A stretch of DNA of 46,617 bases, from contig LWCA01000167.1 in assembly GCA_001642005.1 (NCBI GenBank), forward strand, positions 1-46,617, read 5' to 3'. Shown one piece after another: positions 11,501 to 25,903 of the stretch. Source of the DNA: Intoshia linei. Taxonomy: Eukaryota; Animalia; Orthonectida. The translations under genes were made by a program, and so were the position numbers. The notes beneath the pieces were generated by a model. It searched no databases and had not been told where the DNA came from. It saw only the letters and a list, made by a program, of their open reading frames with translations. The number at the start of each line of letters is the position of its first letter. Within the stretch, counting starts at the first letter, position 1.

Positions 11501-14500
11501 ATAGATTAATATAGCCTAATAATACATAATACAAAATTATACATAATATAATGTATAACACAAATAATAATAAATTGGTTAATACAGTATAATATAAAAC
11601 AATATAAAAAATACTTTGAAAAAAGACTGCAAACGGTGACCTTAACAGGTATACAAGCAATGGTTTGTTGTATCAATGGATCGATTACAGTACATTTTAA
11701 TATTGGTTCATCAACAATTTTATATTCTGTAAACGATTTGAACGTTATTGAAACCTGAGAAGCTCTGTCAACTGGAGCCAATGTCCCTTTTGAAGGGAAA
11801 ACACTGAATAACTTGCACACCTTCATTGAGCATGTTTTTGTAGAATTGAATGAAAAGCTATACTGCAATTCATATTTTCCCTTATTTTTAATAGAACAAA
11901 TTTGTCTTGCTTCTTCACCAACACGTATGGCATCCAAATCTAACCCGCCATCTGTACCTTTCGGAAAACTTAAATCTAAAGCAACATCGTAAGCTTCAGC
12001 GCTAACTTGAATAATTTCCGTCTGAATCAAACCAATTTGACCCGCCGTGTCAGATACTTCAATTCTGATATTTCTCTTTACAATATTAATCGGTTTAGTA
12101 GCCCTGAAAAAAGTATTCAATTTGAAGATTTTCATTGGACCGATAGTGCCGGTTTCCTGAGAAATTGAAAATTCCTCTCCTAAACTTTCTAAACCTGTTA
12201 GTCTCCAATCGACCGAAAGCAATGACAAATTTTTAAGAATTAAAGATTTAGTATCTTTTCTATGAAGCAAAACTTTTTCAAAATGCAATTGTTTGGTATC
12301 AATTTCAATTTCTGGTCTAGTACCAATAGCTTCAATGTCAAACAAAATAGGTTCTGGGTTTTCAGCGACACAAATAACCAAAGTATCTTTATACTTTCCT
12401 GGCGCCTTTGGGTAGCACCATATACTCAACATGGAATTTTCATTTGGTTGTAAATCCATTGATGGTGGGTTCAATGTAAATGTTTCAAATTTATTATCAG
12501 TCTTGAAACAAAATTTGACTGTAATTTTCTTGATTTTAGAAGGATTAGAAATTGTCAATTTTTCATAATTTTCTGAATAACGATATTCCATCATTCTTTC
12601 ACGTGACTTTCCAACTAGTAATGGGCCAAAAGCGTAGACACTTTTGTCTAGTATAAAACTCTTTACAATTATATCTTTTTTGGACCGTATTGAAAATGTT
12701 TTCACTGGAAAAATTATTCGTGGATCTCTTATTATGGTTGAATATGTACAAATTGCTCGACAGTGCAATTGGTATAATCGATTCGTTCCAACAATTTCGT
12801 AATTAAATGTAGAATCGAATTGGCCCACCAAATTTGATCTAAAACCCATAGGTATTTCGATGGAACTTTTTGCTGGAATCACCCATCTGTGCGGTTGAAA
12901 GGTCTCGTGTGATATCAATCTAAAATAAAAATGTAATTAATTAATTATAATTATAGTTATAATCAATATTGATCATGATAATCAAAGGAGTTAACAGCAT
13001 TGCTGGTAAATTAATAAAATGTAATAATAGTTAATAAAAAATACCATTTAAAACCCTTTAGATAAAAATGCCCTTTTTCCTGATATCTTATGAGAAAAAA
13101 CTCTTAATCCAACCCCTAAATAAAATCTTAACCAAGACTTTTAAAAAGTGACACTCACCAGCTTCATTGTATTAGGGTTACATTTTAAAAATTAGTCATT
13201 TATATACAGTCGATTCTGTTATATATGAACATCCTAGAATATAAACTAAACTCAATATGAACACGATAATTTTGTTTGAACAAACATTGATTAGAAATTT
13301 CGAAATTTTTAATTAAAGTCGATTCTGTTCTATATAAACATCCTAGAATATGAACTAAGATCAATATGAACAAGACAATTTTGTTTGAACAAACATTGAT
13401 TGGACATTTCGAAATTTTTAATTATATTATTATCGTCATTCATAAATGTTCATATTACAGTATAGTATGAACATGATCAAAACCTGGTCCCTTCAGGTTC
13501 ATATAGAACAGAATCGACTGTATTTAAAAATTTTTGCTGTTATGTTATAACAAAGTTATTACCAGCAAAGTGACCATCATTAGTTTTGCATGTATCAGCA
13601 AATCGACCACCCTTGATGATACGTAATGGTTTTAATGTTTCCTAATGTGTATTTATCAAGGTTAATCAATTTGCTAGTACCAGAAAATTTTTTAAAATAT
13701 ATAAATGACTAATTTTACCAAACCCTACAAAAAAAATCTTAATCTAACCACAAAAAATAAAACAAAAATTTTAGCAACTACGAAGGAAAAATTTTAGCTA
13801 AAACTTAGTTTTAAACATTAAAAATTTGTAAATTTGTACATTTCACAAATTAGTCTTTATATATTTTAAATAATTTTCAAAAATATGTAGGAAAAGAGAT
13901 TTTATCTTAACTTAAGGCATACGGGTTAGTAAAATTGGATTTTTATTTTTGGGTTGGATTAAAAGGTTTTTACATTTAAGACTTAAAATGGTATTTTTTA
14001 ATAAATATTATTAAATTTTATTAATGGTGGTATAAAAGTGGGATTTTTAAAATAATAATTTAGCTGTCTTATAGGCTTTGGGATAAAATCTCAACATCTG
14101 CAACAATTTATTTTACAAAAATAAACTAATTTTTTTATTTTGCAGGTAATAAAATGTGCTACTACAGTTAAATAAAATAAAATACACTAAGATTTTATCA
14201 CCAATTTAATCAAAATACCATGTGTAATTTAAATTACAAAGTTAGAACACTAGTTATTTATGATTAGAATTTCCGATGAGGAATCCTATTTGTTTAGAGA
14301 TATATCATTAAAGAATGATACCATTATTCTTAGGATATAATTTCTCATCCTGTAGCACCTTCAATTTATGTTTTTTAAAAATGTTAACACGTTAATAAAA
14401 AATTCCTATTAACCTAATTAACTAATTACATATATGTATTTATTGATAAATTTTTAATTACTTCGTTTCAATATTTGGTTTCGTAATTTTTTTATCTTTG

Positions 14501-17500
14501 TCAATAATAGTAGAAACTTTGTAATCATTTAATATAGATTTTTTCAAATACAGTATTTTGGAAGATTTTGATCCTTTTTCTATTTTTGAGGTTTTTGAAG
14601 CTTCATTCTTTTCTTTTTCTTGTCTCTCAATCTCTTCTTGTACTTTATAAACATCTGACTTTAAATTTACTGTCCTAAATTTTCTATATAAAAATTATAC
14701 ATACAGTGAAACTCCGTTCATTTGAATACCTTAAAATGATAAAAAAAATATTTCCATCATATGTAGTGTAACTCATAAATAGTGTATTATTATTTTATTA
14801 ACTATTCATTAAGGCAAAGATACCTACTCAATTCGGGGCCCCTCGAAAATAAAAAATAGATCTTAAAACCTTTTTGACAAACTATGCATACTATGCATTG
14901 CATAGTGTAATATAACCCTTAACGATCTCTTTATGGCTCTTGACTTGATATTCTAAATTCAACACATAAAATAGATATGATATTCAAGAATATATTTTTT
15001 TAATGTTCAATTTGGATAATCATGCTCTCATTTTACAAAAAGTCAAGTCGAGAGAATTATCGGTACGGTAGGTTCGGAACTGCATCACTGTGTCAATTTT
15101 ATCAAAGAACAAATACTACTAACTACTACTACTAATAACAATTCCATAGATTCATTTTGAAATAATGAATGTTTAGATATTTAAATTTTGAGGCATACAT
15201 GCGCCTTAAAGTATCAATAGATTAATTTCTATAATAAATCGTCAGGTGTGATGATAATTTTAATTTAAAATCTCAAATTTAGAAATGAGGGCCCACGATT
15301 CTAAACTGAGTAGATGTTAGAAACATTTTTACACACTAGCAAGTAGCACTGAAAAAAACGTTGCACAACCGCTGGAAAACTATTCATATATAAACCAAAT
15401 TTATTTATGTTCTGATGTAATTAGTATATTATAATATAAATAAATATAATACTCATCAAATTGAGTCTTTATGAAATCAAAGTAAATTGATTTTTTTGGA
15501 GCATCACGTTTTGGAGGATAAGGTACAATACTAAAATATGATGGAGGTGGTAACGGGGGTCCAGTTGGTCCATACCCTAATCCATTGATAATATCCAAAA
15601 ATAATGGTAATTCAGCTAAAACAGAATTCCAAATTTTAAGAGTACCATTGTGAATTCTATTTATTTCTAAATGAACAATTCCAACAGAATTCTCCATACT
15701 GTTCTTTCTTTGCACAACTTGATAATGATTAGCCACTAAAACATCTTCACTATTTGCTTTAACAGTATTTTGATCATCATCTTCCTCATACAATATTTGA
15801 TTTAATTTTTGTCTTGCATCATTTGTTGATTCTCTGTTTTTTAATGTTTTGCGTTGTTTTAATGATAAAGTTTGATTTCCAGTTAGATTACTTGCATTAT
15901 CATCTTGAAATTCTTTGTCTAGTGGTGATAATAGTTTCTCTGAACCAATTGATCTGTCCCATCTTTCTAGTACATTGCAAAATTCTGGATATTGGGATGA
16001 AAACTCTTTAAACCTGAATTTTTTTAATTAAATAATAAATAGACTTTCGAGACACATTTTTCATGACTAAAAATTTTCAAGTTTTTAAACGTCAAAATTT
16101 CAATCCAAGAAAAAGTAAAAATAAAGTTTCAAGCCATATTCAAAGACCTAATCAATTATGCGGGTATAAAGTTAAATAAAATTCCAATTAATTAACCAAT
16201 GATAAGATTGAAATAAACTTACACTTGTTCAATTTTAATTTCTTTAGGGCTTCTCTTATCCTTTATTTCTTCTTCAATATCCTTGGGATTATGTAAAGTT
16301 CCTCTTTTATTGACCATTCTAGATTTTCTTGCAGTCGATATCTTACCACTTTTATCAACTTTACTATCCTTAATAGTTAAAAATTCATCTTTCAATTCAG
16401 TGGAATCAGTCCCTGAATCAACAACTGTAAAGGAATCTACCATGTGTTCATCTTTATCATCTTTATTGCGATTATCTTGCTTGCTAACGGGAGGTTTAAA
16501 TTCTCTACTCGAAGCGGCACCTTTTGGTTTTCCATTTGTCGTACTTTCTGCACCTAATCGCTTCTTACCCTTTTTATTACTTTTCATTTCTTCCTCTAAC
16601 CTTTTTTGTTCCATATCTTCTTTTTCCAATCGCTCTTGTTCAATTTTTATCTTTTCTTGCTTCTCTTTTTTAATTTCCAATCTCCGCGAGTCAAAATGAT
16701 TTCTACGTTCAGTTGACAATTTGTCATACTCACTTTCACTCATTTCATTTAGTAATCTTTCGTCTTCTAATAATTTTTCATTCTCTTTCGCTTCTATATA
16801 TTTGGATAATGATATTATGAAAATTTAATTGTAAAATACCTTTTTCAATTTGAATGTTTTTGACTTGCGCCATATAATTAGAATAGCTAAAATTGTCAGT
16901 AATGGCATAAATGTGTTTTCGATTTCCAAGGGCTTTAAGAATAATCATAGTCATTTTCGCAACATCCTTACAAAATGGATTTGATAAACCGTATACAACT
17001 ACACCATTTCTACAATCATCTTGAGCTAACCTATTGGAAAGAACCAATAAAATTAAATCGTCCGGTAATTCGCATGGAGTGTATATTACTTCTACCTCGT
17101 CATCATTGCCATGAGAAAATTTAATTGTGGTTATTTCATAATCAATACTTGACTTTATGTTTTTATCTAATTCAGTATTTACAGATGCATTGTTTTGATT
17201 TAAAGCATCTTCATTGTGGCTATTTTGTTTGGAAATTGTACCAATACGAGAAGATTTATTTTCTAAAACTTTTGGAACAGAATATGAGTTTAGATTATCT
17301 GCTACTTGTTTAGAATCAATAATATCTAATGCAGACTGATCTTGATTTGCTGCAGCTTCACATATACTTCTTATTTTTTTTGAATATTGTTTTTTACCGT
17401 TGCGGATTTCATCTAATATTAAATTGTTTATATCGCAAGCAACACAGTGATAATAATGAGATATCTTTTTAGAAAGTTTAGCTACATAATTAAATTGAGT

Positions 17501-20500
17501 TCCATGGACAATTACCGCTATGCCCCTACAATTTTTGGAAACTTGACCTTCTAATGACAAATCCACATTTAGATACCTTGCTAAAGCTTTAACTGTTGGA
17601 GTTAATTGCAGTTGATTATATTGATTTTTTTCTTTCTCAATAGTTGTAGTTTCTAACTCACTTATTGTTTCTTTTAAAGTGTTCATTTGATCAATGTTCA
17701 TATCCACCAATTTATCTATAATATATAAATTAAAAAAAATAATTTCACCTTAGAAGATGTAAAATGTACATTGTACAACTGTATATTAAACTAAAGAATA
17801 CCTTTATAATACATCAGTAATTCCTCTGGAAGTTTTTCACCTGCCTCTCTTGGCGGTAGCAGTAACATGTATCGTTCATCGTATCCTTTCATAACTCTTA
17901 AAATCTAAAAAAACAATATTAACATACTTATTAATATACATTAAGTCCTAATGCAGAGCCGAAACTACCAAGTTCAGGGCGAAATAAAAATAATAAATAT
18001 AACCAACTCAAAAATAAAATACGGCCCCTAAAAAAATTCGAAAGCGATGCGTAGTGTCGCATAGTCGTAATAAGGAAGCCCGAAGAGACTCTTCGAATAC
18101 TGTAGGTTCGGAACTGCCCTAATAAATGATGTTTCAAATTTTTATAAATTTGATGTTTTAAGACAACCTCAGGATACATTTTGTTTATGTTCAAATAAAA
18201 AATTCAATGGTGACAAAAAATATTATCTCATTGCACGTATCTATGACAAATTTTTTTGTGTGGAATCCCAAGTAAATTATATTCATTATTTTTTGAAATT
18301 TATTTGTAACTCAATTTTAATGAATTCTATTTTATATGGGTCTAAAACAGTGTTTCCCAAGCCTTTTTATGCTAGACCCCACTTTCATGTGTAAAATCCC
18401 TGTAAAATTGCAATTTTTTTAATATTAGCTATAACATTTGAGAATCCTTTACTGATATACAATTTAATGTATGTTTGTCACAGTTTAATGAAAAAATTAA
18501 AAGTCCTAGACTTTAAAAAACTGCAATTTCTATTACATTTTTTCGAGATTACGATTGATCGCAAAGTTTATTTTCAGACATTGAGACCTTCATGATTAAA
18601 AATATAAATTTTTTTTTGATAAACACTAAAATCAGTCCATATCCTATAACATATATCTATGTCACGCGTTTTATAATGATTAATATTGTGGTAAATGTAA
18701 ACTTTAGAAACTTTCATCTTTACGGTCAAACCCCTAAATTACACGTTTTATGAAAAATGAAAAACAATATGGCATTTGATAAGACATAAATATTATTAAT
18801 TCTAGATATTTTTTAAAATCATGAGCATTATTATAAATAACAACCTCAAAAGTTTAAAATTAATTAAAAAATCGATCTTAAAATTAAAAAGTCGGCCCTC
18901 GATAGATCTAGCTACTGTTTGTACCAAATATATAACTGTCAAGCTAGTATTGCACACAATTAACAATATAGCAATGTCAAAAATTAAAAATTAAAAAAAA
19001 GTAAATTTACCTGTTCTTCTTCAATGTATTGTTTATCACATTCTAAATTGTAAATTTCTATAGGATAATCACAAGGATTTTTGACCACAAAATTTTTTTC
19101 GACAATAGGACTGTAAGGTAAAATAGAACCAAAATGTAGTATTTCTGGAGAAAATTCAATATTGGGTTCTTTACCTACACCATGGCATAGAATGGATAAT
19201 TTCTGATTACCAACAGAAATAATGAGACGTTCCTCATAAATACATTCGTGAGTAGGAATGAAAAGAATTTGTATATTAATGAATTCATTAGTTTCCAAAA
19301 CACCATTTGACGGCATAAATTCGAAATAATTTTGTCGATTTTTGATTTTATTGGATTTATTTAAATTTACTAATTTGGCCATGTTTTTCTTTTTAGTTTT
19401 TTTAGTTATTTTTGTAGTTTTAACAGTATGAAAGTGAGGACTATTGCTCATAATGAGTTGCCATTTTGCAGAAACAAATTTGTCATTTCGTAATTGAGTA
19501 ACAATCATACGTGAATGTCCGCAGATTGTATTACCAAAATCAATTACTTGATTACTTAAACTAAGCTCCGGCTCAGTAACATAAACATGAAGTTGTATAC
19601 AAATTTGCGGTCCATTTTTTATATTTAGAGCTAACGTTGCATTACAATGCCCTACTGAACAATTGACACAACTAGAATCGAAATAAATATTTAATAGCGC
19701 ACACTCGTCATTTTCTAGGTCTCGAATTTTGTTTGTATCAAGTGAAAACCCTGTATTAATAAGAAATCCGCGATCAATATTAATGTTAATCTTTTCAATC
19801 GAGTGATTGTATATATTAATTGTTTTATATGTTTGTTGATCTAATAATATGTATTCAAAATCCAAATAATAATCACATAATCTAGGTCTCTCGACTTTCC
19901 CAGAATCTCTAGACAACTTAGCATGATCATTAATTATAATATAATCCATTCGTCTGTGTATTTCATCCGCTGATATAAAAATCTTTCGTGGCTGTACTAT
20001 TGGCAATTCTCCATTGTTGGAATTATTGTCAAATTGAGTAATAGATTTATCAATATTCATTTCTGGTGAATAAGAATAATTGCTATCTTCTGAACTACAA
20101 CTGGATGACGCTGGGCTATCATTTAGTAACACACAGTAATCTCCTTTTTCCAAACTGATTATGGAACTTTCTCTTGTACAATCACTTAGTTGATCTATAA
20201 TTTCACATTTTTTATCTGCATTTTTTAATCTTCGTAAAGCCTTATTCTTTAATTCACCTAGAGCTATCCGTTTTAAGTGTTCTACACTTATATTTTCATA
20301 ATCGTACAATGGTAAATCAACTTTTATTGATAAATAATAGGCTTTCCCAGTTATTTCGAATATCATTGCATCGTCATATCCAACTTGTATACAGAATTTG
20401 GTTAAAAATTTTTTGGGGAGTATGGCAGTATAATTTACTGATAGTTTTGTTGTTTCGCCTCCTTTTACGTGTCCCTTGTTGGGTTCAATCTTTAGTTTAT

Positions 20501-23500
20501 TGTATTTTGCATTGTTCATTAATGAAATAATTTCTTTTTCTTCATTAGCACTGCTATAGTTTATTTGGGTGTAATTCAAATCAACTCTTCCAGTATTAAT
20601 CAATTCCAATTCAAATTTGACTTCTTTTTGGTATTGCTAAATAATTTTATCAAAATTAAAAAATAAAAAATTTAAATATCAATTTGGTAAAATATCACTT
20701 ACATTGGAAAATTTAAATTATTCTTTGAAAATTATAAATATCAAATTGAAAGATTATAATTTCATCAAAAATATCTCTATACGGTTTTCTTACGGTATCC
20801 GTTACTTATATAAAATAAAATCTGTGTGAGTGTGTCTGTGTTTGTGTGTTACCGCTTATTGAAAAAATTAACAGTCGTAGAATTTAAAAAACCCAATTTT
20901 TAGTACAGTTTTTCCTAAAGCGTGTTTATATATACTTTTCTGTTTGCGAATTTAAGTTTTTCAGGGCCAAAAACACCATTTCACCTTTTGATTTAATAAA
21001 TAAATAACCCAATAATTTAACAAAACATAAATTCTGGGATAGTTTTTAAATCATCAGCATTATAATAATTGGTAATCTCAAAAAAGTAAATTTTTATATA
21101 CAAAAACTCCAGATTCTCTTTTTTTAAAAATTAACATACTTATTGTATATAAATATGACTGTGACAATAATACTTAAATAACGAAATAATTACAATCAAT
21201 CCTAAATCAATTTTTTGAGTAGAAAAATTGTAAGAAGGATATGAACTACTTGCAAACAATGGTATACTATACACAGGTCCACCTAATACTTTGCAAATCA
21301 AATTTATTCGTTCTTTAGTACATTTGTGACCATTATAAGTCACTACACAATCTAATTCACAATTCGGCGATATCGTCCCACTTTTAGGTATAACATCGAT
21401 TTCCTAAATAAAATAAATTCATAAAACTAATTATTTTTATAAAATATTATAAAGTGGTCAAAAACCTTTATTATTTAAAAATTTATCTGGTTAAATCAAA
21501 TAGTACAGTCATACTTATAAAAATACACTATGGCATATATTATTTTATTATATGACCGTATTCTATTTATTTATTTCATGACCATGACTACTATTTAAGA
21601 CGTTTAAAAAGTGCGCACTTCGTGTAGACCACCACCTCCCAAAACACTTTTTTAGATGCAATAAAAAAACTGTAATGACATAAATTAATTACACTTCTAA
21701 GAAGTGACTACTAAAAATGTCAATGAGAATAGAAACTACCGTACCCCGAAACTTCTCCTTTTCCGAATAGATCATTTTAAAAAATACATAAATTATGCAT
21801 ACATTATACATACATGTATAAATGTTTTAGTGTGTTAAAATTAAACAGTTAAGTTCAAAACTTTGGAAAAAAAATAGAAGGTTTGATTCTGATATCAATG
21901 GTTAACATATTTATTAAATCTCGATTTTTATAAAAAAATAAATTTTTATATTTTGTATTTGCGTAAATCTTATCTCTAATATATTCTCAGGGTCGCGCAA
22001 TAGATAATCTTCGTAAATTAATATATTAATATAATGTATATATCGCTTAATATAATATATAGTATTTCGTCCATTTTAGTATATTATACTACAGTGATAT
22101 TATGCTTTAATTTTAGTGAAAAAAGTTACCACCTCCATAAAATTGTAATTTAAACATAGGTGCACCACAGACTCTTCACCATAACGACCTAGAATAATGA
22201 TATACCTCTCTAATAAAATTTTCATCATTAGAATTTAATTCTGAATCATTAGATTTTGTTGATTCAATAAAAAATTTAAATTCAACATCCATTGGAGAAT
22301 CATTACTTAATTTTAAGTAATTGTTTAACTCAACATTGGAAGAAACGCATCCAAAATCAATAGTAGATTTATTAAATCTTAAATTTGGATAAAATGTAGT
22401 TGCAAACAATTTGATAAATTCCTAAATGTATGAAATATTATTAATTAAGATTACATACTTTTTTAATGTGGTTTGAATATACAATGGTAAGATATCGTGT
22501 TGTAGATCTTGAAAATTTGTCATCTCGATATTGAGAATTGAATCCAATGCGTATTTCATAACTATGATTTATAAATTGGTCACATTTTTCAAAATCAAAA
22601 TTCTAAAATTGAAAAAATGAAATTGGAAAAATTATTATAAAAAATGTGAACCATTGTTTGAAGTTTTTTATTGTTTTTATTCACCATATAAAATGGAACT
22701 GGAACGGTTAAACAACAATTTAAATCGATAGCACACATGTTGGTAATTACTACAGATTTTTCATAATAGTTGGTCATGTTTTCATAATTCTAATGAAATG
22801 TTTTAAAAAGTAAATTATTATGAAAAATAAATATTCATTATAATTTACCATTAGTACATTATATTCGATAATATTTGAAGAGAATGTCAGTTTTGGATCA
22901 ACAAATTCGCATAATATTTTGTTGTCTATTATAAGCATTTTTCCTCCAACGCCTGTCGTTAAGGCATGACATTGTAATCGTGTAACGGTTTTGGCGTTTT
23001 CGTTTCTACGTGCTTCCAAAATTACATCTGAGGATTGACCAGCTGCCAGTTCGACGCGTAAAGGTTTCATCATAAAAATTGGCAATTTTGTAGTTCTTTT
23101 TAATGTATCAGAATTCTATAAATTTTTTATTATAATAATATATAATCTCTACCAATATAGCAATATAATAGTATGTCTAACTGTAATTAAACATTTGTTC
23201 GATAAAATAGCGTTATGTATTTACGAAAATTTCTATTTCTATGCTGTAAGCGTTAAAAAATAAGATCATTTTAGGGTTTTAATTGATAGCTTATTTAACG
23301 CCTTCAAATGTCAGCTATTAATCTTGTTCAGGTGGTATAAATCATGTTTTTTTTAAAGCAATGAGTACCGCTGTTAATAATAAAAATAAAAAGACCTATC
23401 TATTTAAACTTTTTATATCACTTTAATTATCAGATATAATTAAAGATGATCAGAATAAAATTTTTTAGCATTTTGAATAGAAAAATTAACATATCTGGAA

Positions 23501-24059
23501 ATTATTTCGTGTCTTCTGAGAGACCCAAAAGGTTCTTGTTAGATACCCAAAATTATTCTAAACGTTAAATGACGATTTTTATTATAATTAAACTTTTAAA
23601 AATTTTTTTTTATTATACAAAAAAGTTAACAATCTCAATCATAAATCATAAATCTGATCAGTTTTAAATCTTAATAGTCATTGTAATGACTTTCAAAATT
23701 TTTTCATACAATTTTAATTGTGTTGCCAAAATCGTTTTCAACAACTGATGTTTTCAGAGATCCTTCATATATTGATGAGTAATTATTTAACCATAATAAT
23801 AACAAAGTTTTCATATATATAATAAATATTATCAATTACCAGTGATTGTGTACTCCAAACTAAAGATCTATGTCTAATTCCTTTATTCGTAACTTTGATA
23901 GTCATGTGTATCTTTTCTTGGTTCGAAATTGATCCCATGTCCAAAGGCTCACCAACCAATGATGGAGTTGTAACAATCGTTGAACCATATCCTACGGCAT
24001 TTAAATTGACTGAAAAAGGAGGGTTTTCACTGAATTTTATTGTTAAGTAATCTTCATAT
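5568..24059 (-). CDS. HYDIN: HYDIN (central-pair axonemal protein with ASH/Ig-like repeats), partial: about 20 exons, roughly 3,200 aa
   Basis: Phase-consistent GT-AG exons (approximate): 24059-23840, 23116-22849, 22789-22652, 22602-22459, 22421-22206, 21403-21194, 20637-19011, 17904-17802, 17715-16840, 16793-16223, 16013-15452, 14675-14462, 12919-11615, 11456-11217, 10923-10115, 10045-9813, 9738-9278, 7500-7228, 6817-6002, 5954-5588. HYDIN-typical motifs: LLLPPREAGEKLPEEL, HRWVIPAKS, FGPLLVGKSRE, FEKVLLHRKDT, AEAYDVALD, GTDGGLD, EPHIAFDQTFINF. Confidence 0.93.
7506..9135 (+). mobile_element. Helitron element (A|TC 5' end; second 5' end at 7738; hairpin plus CTAT 3' end) filling a HYDIN intron
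   Basis: 5' TCCTTACTTGTATAAAAT plus GT tract. 3' hairpins CAGCAG..CTGCTG (9088-9105) and TGTAC-GAA-GTACA (9108-9120), then GCTAT|T, matching the termini at 18947 and 36377. Confidence 0.7.
8031..8580. mobile_element. hAT (Charlie/Buster-type) MITE nested in the Helitron
   Basis: Perfect 8-bp TSD ATCTAGAT (8023-8030 and 8581-8588), degenerate TIRs CAGTCATTCTCAAC / GTTAAAATTTTCTG, and GGGTCC subterminal motifs. Confidence 0.85.
13010..14025. mobile_element. Foldback / long-TIR (Mutator-like) non-autonomous element
   Basis: 13010-13130 is an imperfect inverted copy of about 13935-14025. An inner inverted pair joins about 13170-13206 plus 13523-13540 with 13681-13730. Confidence 0.6.
13207..13520. 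mobile_element. pogo/Tigger-type MITE with TA target duplication
   Basis: TA|CAGTCGATTCTGTTATATATGAAC...GTTCATATAGAACAGAATCGACTG|TA (24-bp TIR, 1 mismatch); internal ~109-bp tandem duplication. Confidence 0.9.
17954..18116. mobile_element. hAT-like MITE (163 bp); related ends at about 14814-15082 and 15285-15315
   Basis: TIRs CAGAGCCGAAACTA / TAGGTTCGGAACTG (11/14 match); flanks TCCTAATG vs CCCTAATA (6/8, decayed 8-bp TSD); internal hairpins. TAGGTTCGGAACTG recurs at 15069. Confidence 0.55.
18700..18947 (+). mobile_element. Helitron 3' part ending CTAG|T
   Basis: GCCCTCGATAGATCTAGCTACTGTTTGTACC...GTCAAGCTAG|T is homologous to 9081-9135 and 36325-36377. A module-like sequence lies at about 18710-18750. 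Confidence 0.65.
20798..21120 (+). mobile_element. Diverged Helitron family copy (5' end)
   Basis: A|TCCGTTACTTATATAAAATAAAATCTGTGTGAGTGTGTCTGTG...; module motif TTCAGGGCCAAAAACACC. Confidence 0.65.
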
Positions 24060-24926
24060 CTATAATATACCTATATCACTCGAATTTTATTTAATTTTAT
24101 ATGGATTTTGAATACAAATATGCATTTTACATCGAAGGTATACAAAATACTATGTTATCTTTTTACTTAATATTAAATAAAATTTTTTATGTTTTTGTTT
24201 TCTTAATATTGCACTTATTATTAATATATACAGTCAACTATGCGTTATAAGAACAAAATAAAACAGTTGTTATAACGAATGTTATTTTAGCCAATTTAAT
24301 ATTATACTTTTTACATTTTTTATTGATAATTTTTAATTGTAATCTTCAATATTTAATTCACATTCAGTGATTTTTATAAAACAATTATAAGTTGCAGAAA
24401 TTTCATAATTAAATCTAAAGTTTAATATAAAATTGAAAAACAATAATAATTGAATAGTAAGTGGATAAATAATGCTAAAATTGTAATCACGAATGAATAA
24501 ATCATGTAAAATATAAATGATATATAAAAAAATTTTAATATTATTATATATATTATTATCATGTACGGATTATATATAATATAATATATAGATTCGATAT
24601 ATTAATATATTGTAGATTAATAATGCTATTATTAAGATATAAACCAGCATAGCATGTAATGTCTTTGCCATATAATTATATTAATTTTAAAATGTATGTA
24701 CGTATTGTTATATCTTTTGTTATGCAATTGATTAATTAAAATTTCAACACAATTTAAAAAGGTGCATTTTCCGTCATTCAGTTCATGTATCACTGATAAA
24801 TGATACATGGTATTAACGTAAAATAGGATAAATAATACTTTAAATTCGAATATAAAATATTGCGTATTTAGATTAACAGTTTATTAACATCATTCGTATT
24901 GTATAATTTTGTATTGTATTATATTA

Positions 24927-25262
24927 TCCTAACTTATATAATATGCTACGCTATTTTTGTTTGTATGTGTATTCAGCTTTATTTAAATAAATACCCCTCT
25001 TAGAATTTTATAAAGTCCACATTTCAATTACAGTTTTTTCCGGGGGTGTTCGCAAACATAATTTCAACCTCCCAAACTCATTCTTACGGGTCAAAAACCC
25101 CAATTTTCCCTCTTTTTTTAATGAAAACAGCCCTAGAATTTCAAAAAATTTACAGGTGGTACAGTTGTATCCTGTTAACACACACAAAAAGTTNATCAAC
25201 ATTATCATAAATTTAAATTTAAAAAAATTATACTATCAGGGCCAAAACGCCACATTACCCTT
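24927..25262 (+). mobile_element. Helitron family copy spanning assembly gap N25194
   Basis: A|TCCTAACTTATATAATATG 5' end; near-identical to copies at 29211, 31513 and 35330. Confidence 0.8.
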
Positions 25263-25903
25263 TGATGACTATTTGATAATTTTTCAATATCAGGAGCGAT
25301 ATTTGTTAAGCATAATCTTAAGTCACCCTAATAAGATAAATGTAGTTTGTTCCTCTTTTTTGATTGAAGATCAGTTAAAACGCTAAAACCTTTCTCAAAA
25401 AGATAAGTAGATGAGTATACAGGTCAATAGTAACAATTACACTTCGTTCCAATGATTTGGATATGCATTTTTTTTTTGAAAAAATAAAGTAGAGTAACCC
25501 TTTTGTTTAAAAATGAATTGTGCCTCAATGTCATTTTGTAAGTCAATCAATTTTTCTACTAAATTAGAATTGAATTAACATCAACATTGAATGGATTTAT
25601 TGCATACTCTGGTATTTCTGTTTCGTGTATTATAAATACTAATTAGGTTGTTAATTAAAATTGTATGTAAAGTTTAATTCTAACGAGTTCACCTTAATAA
25701 AAAGATTCCATAAATGAATACAAACCCTTTCTACAAAATAATCATGTGACTATTACCACTGTATCAGCTAGGCTCATTAAACGGTTATAATCTGATGTTA
25801 TATTGAAATTCCAACTGATGTGATAAAAATATTTTCGCCCCATTCGATCATAAAAGGTCCCAAGATCCCAAGGGGGCGCTATCGCCCAGGTTAAAAATCA
25901 CTG
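25263..25903 (-). pseudogene. Decayed, internally deleted hAT Buster element (5' TIR plus transposase C-terminus)
   Basis: The minus strand begins CAGTGATTTTTAACCTGGG at 25903. It translates, with stops and a frameshift, to EIPEYAINPF..KLIDLQNDIEAQ..EKGFSVLTDLQSKKRNKL..GDLRLCLTNIAPDIEKLSNSHQ, a ZBED5/SCAND3-type tail. Confidence 0.8.

Noticed and set aside
11457-11660. 67-aa hydrophobic ORF and the tail of the 470-aa ORF
   Set aside because: Low-complexity HYDIN intron (about 11457-11614) read through in frame.
16283-16699. 138-aa plus-strand ORF (also 12262, 15814, 17125, 20309, 40878)
   Set aside because: Antisense shadows of real coding exons.
18040-18120. GGTTCG-containing hairpins as a tRNA or SINE
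   Set aside because: No cloverleaf or A-box; better explained as hAT MITE internal and terminal sequence.
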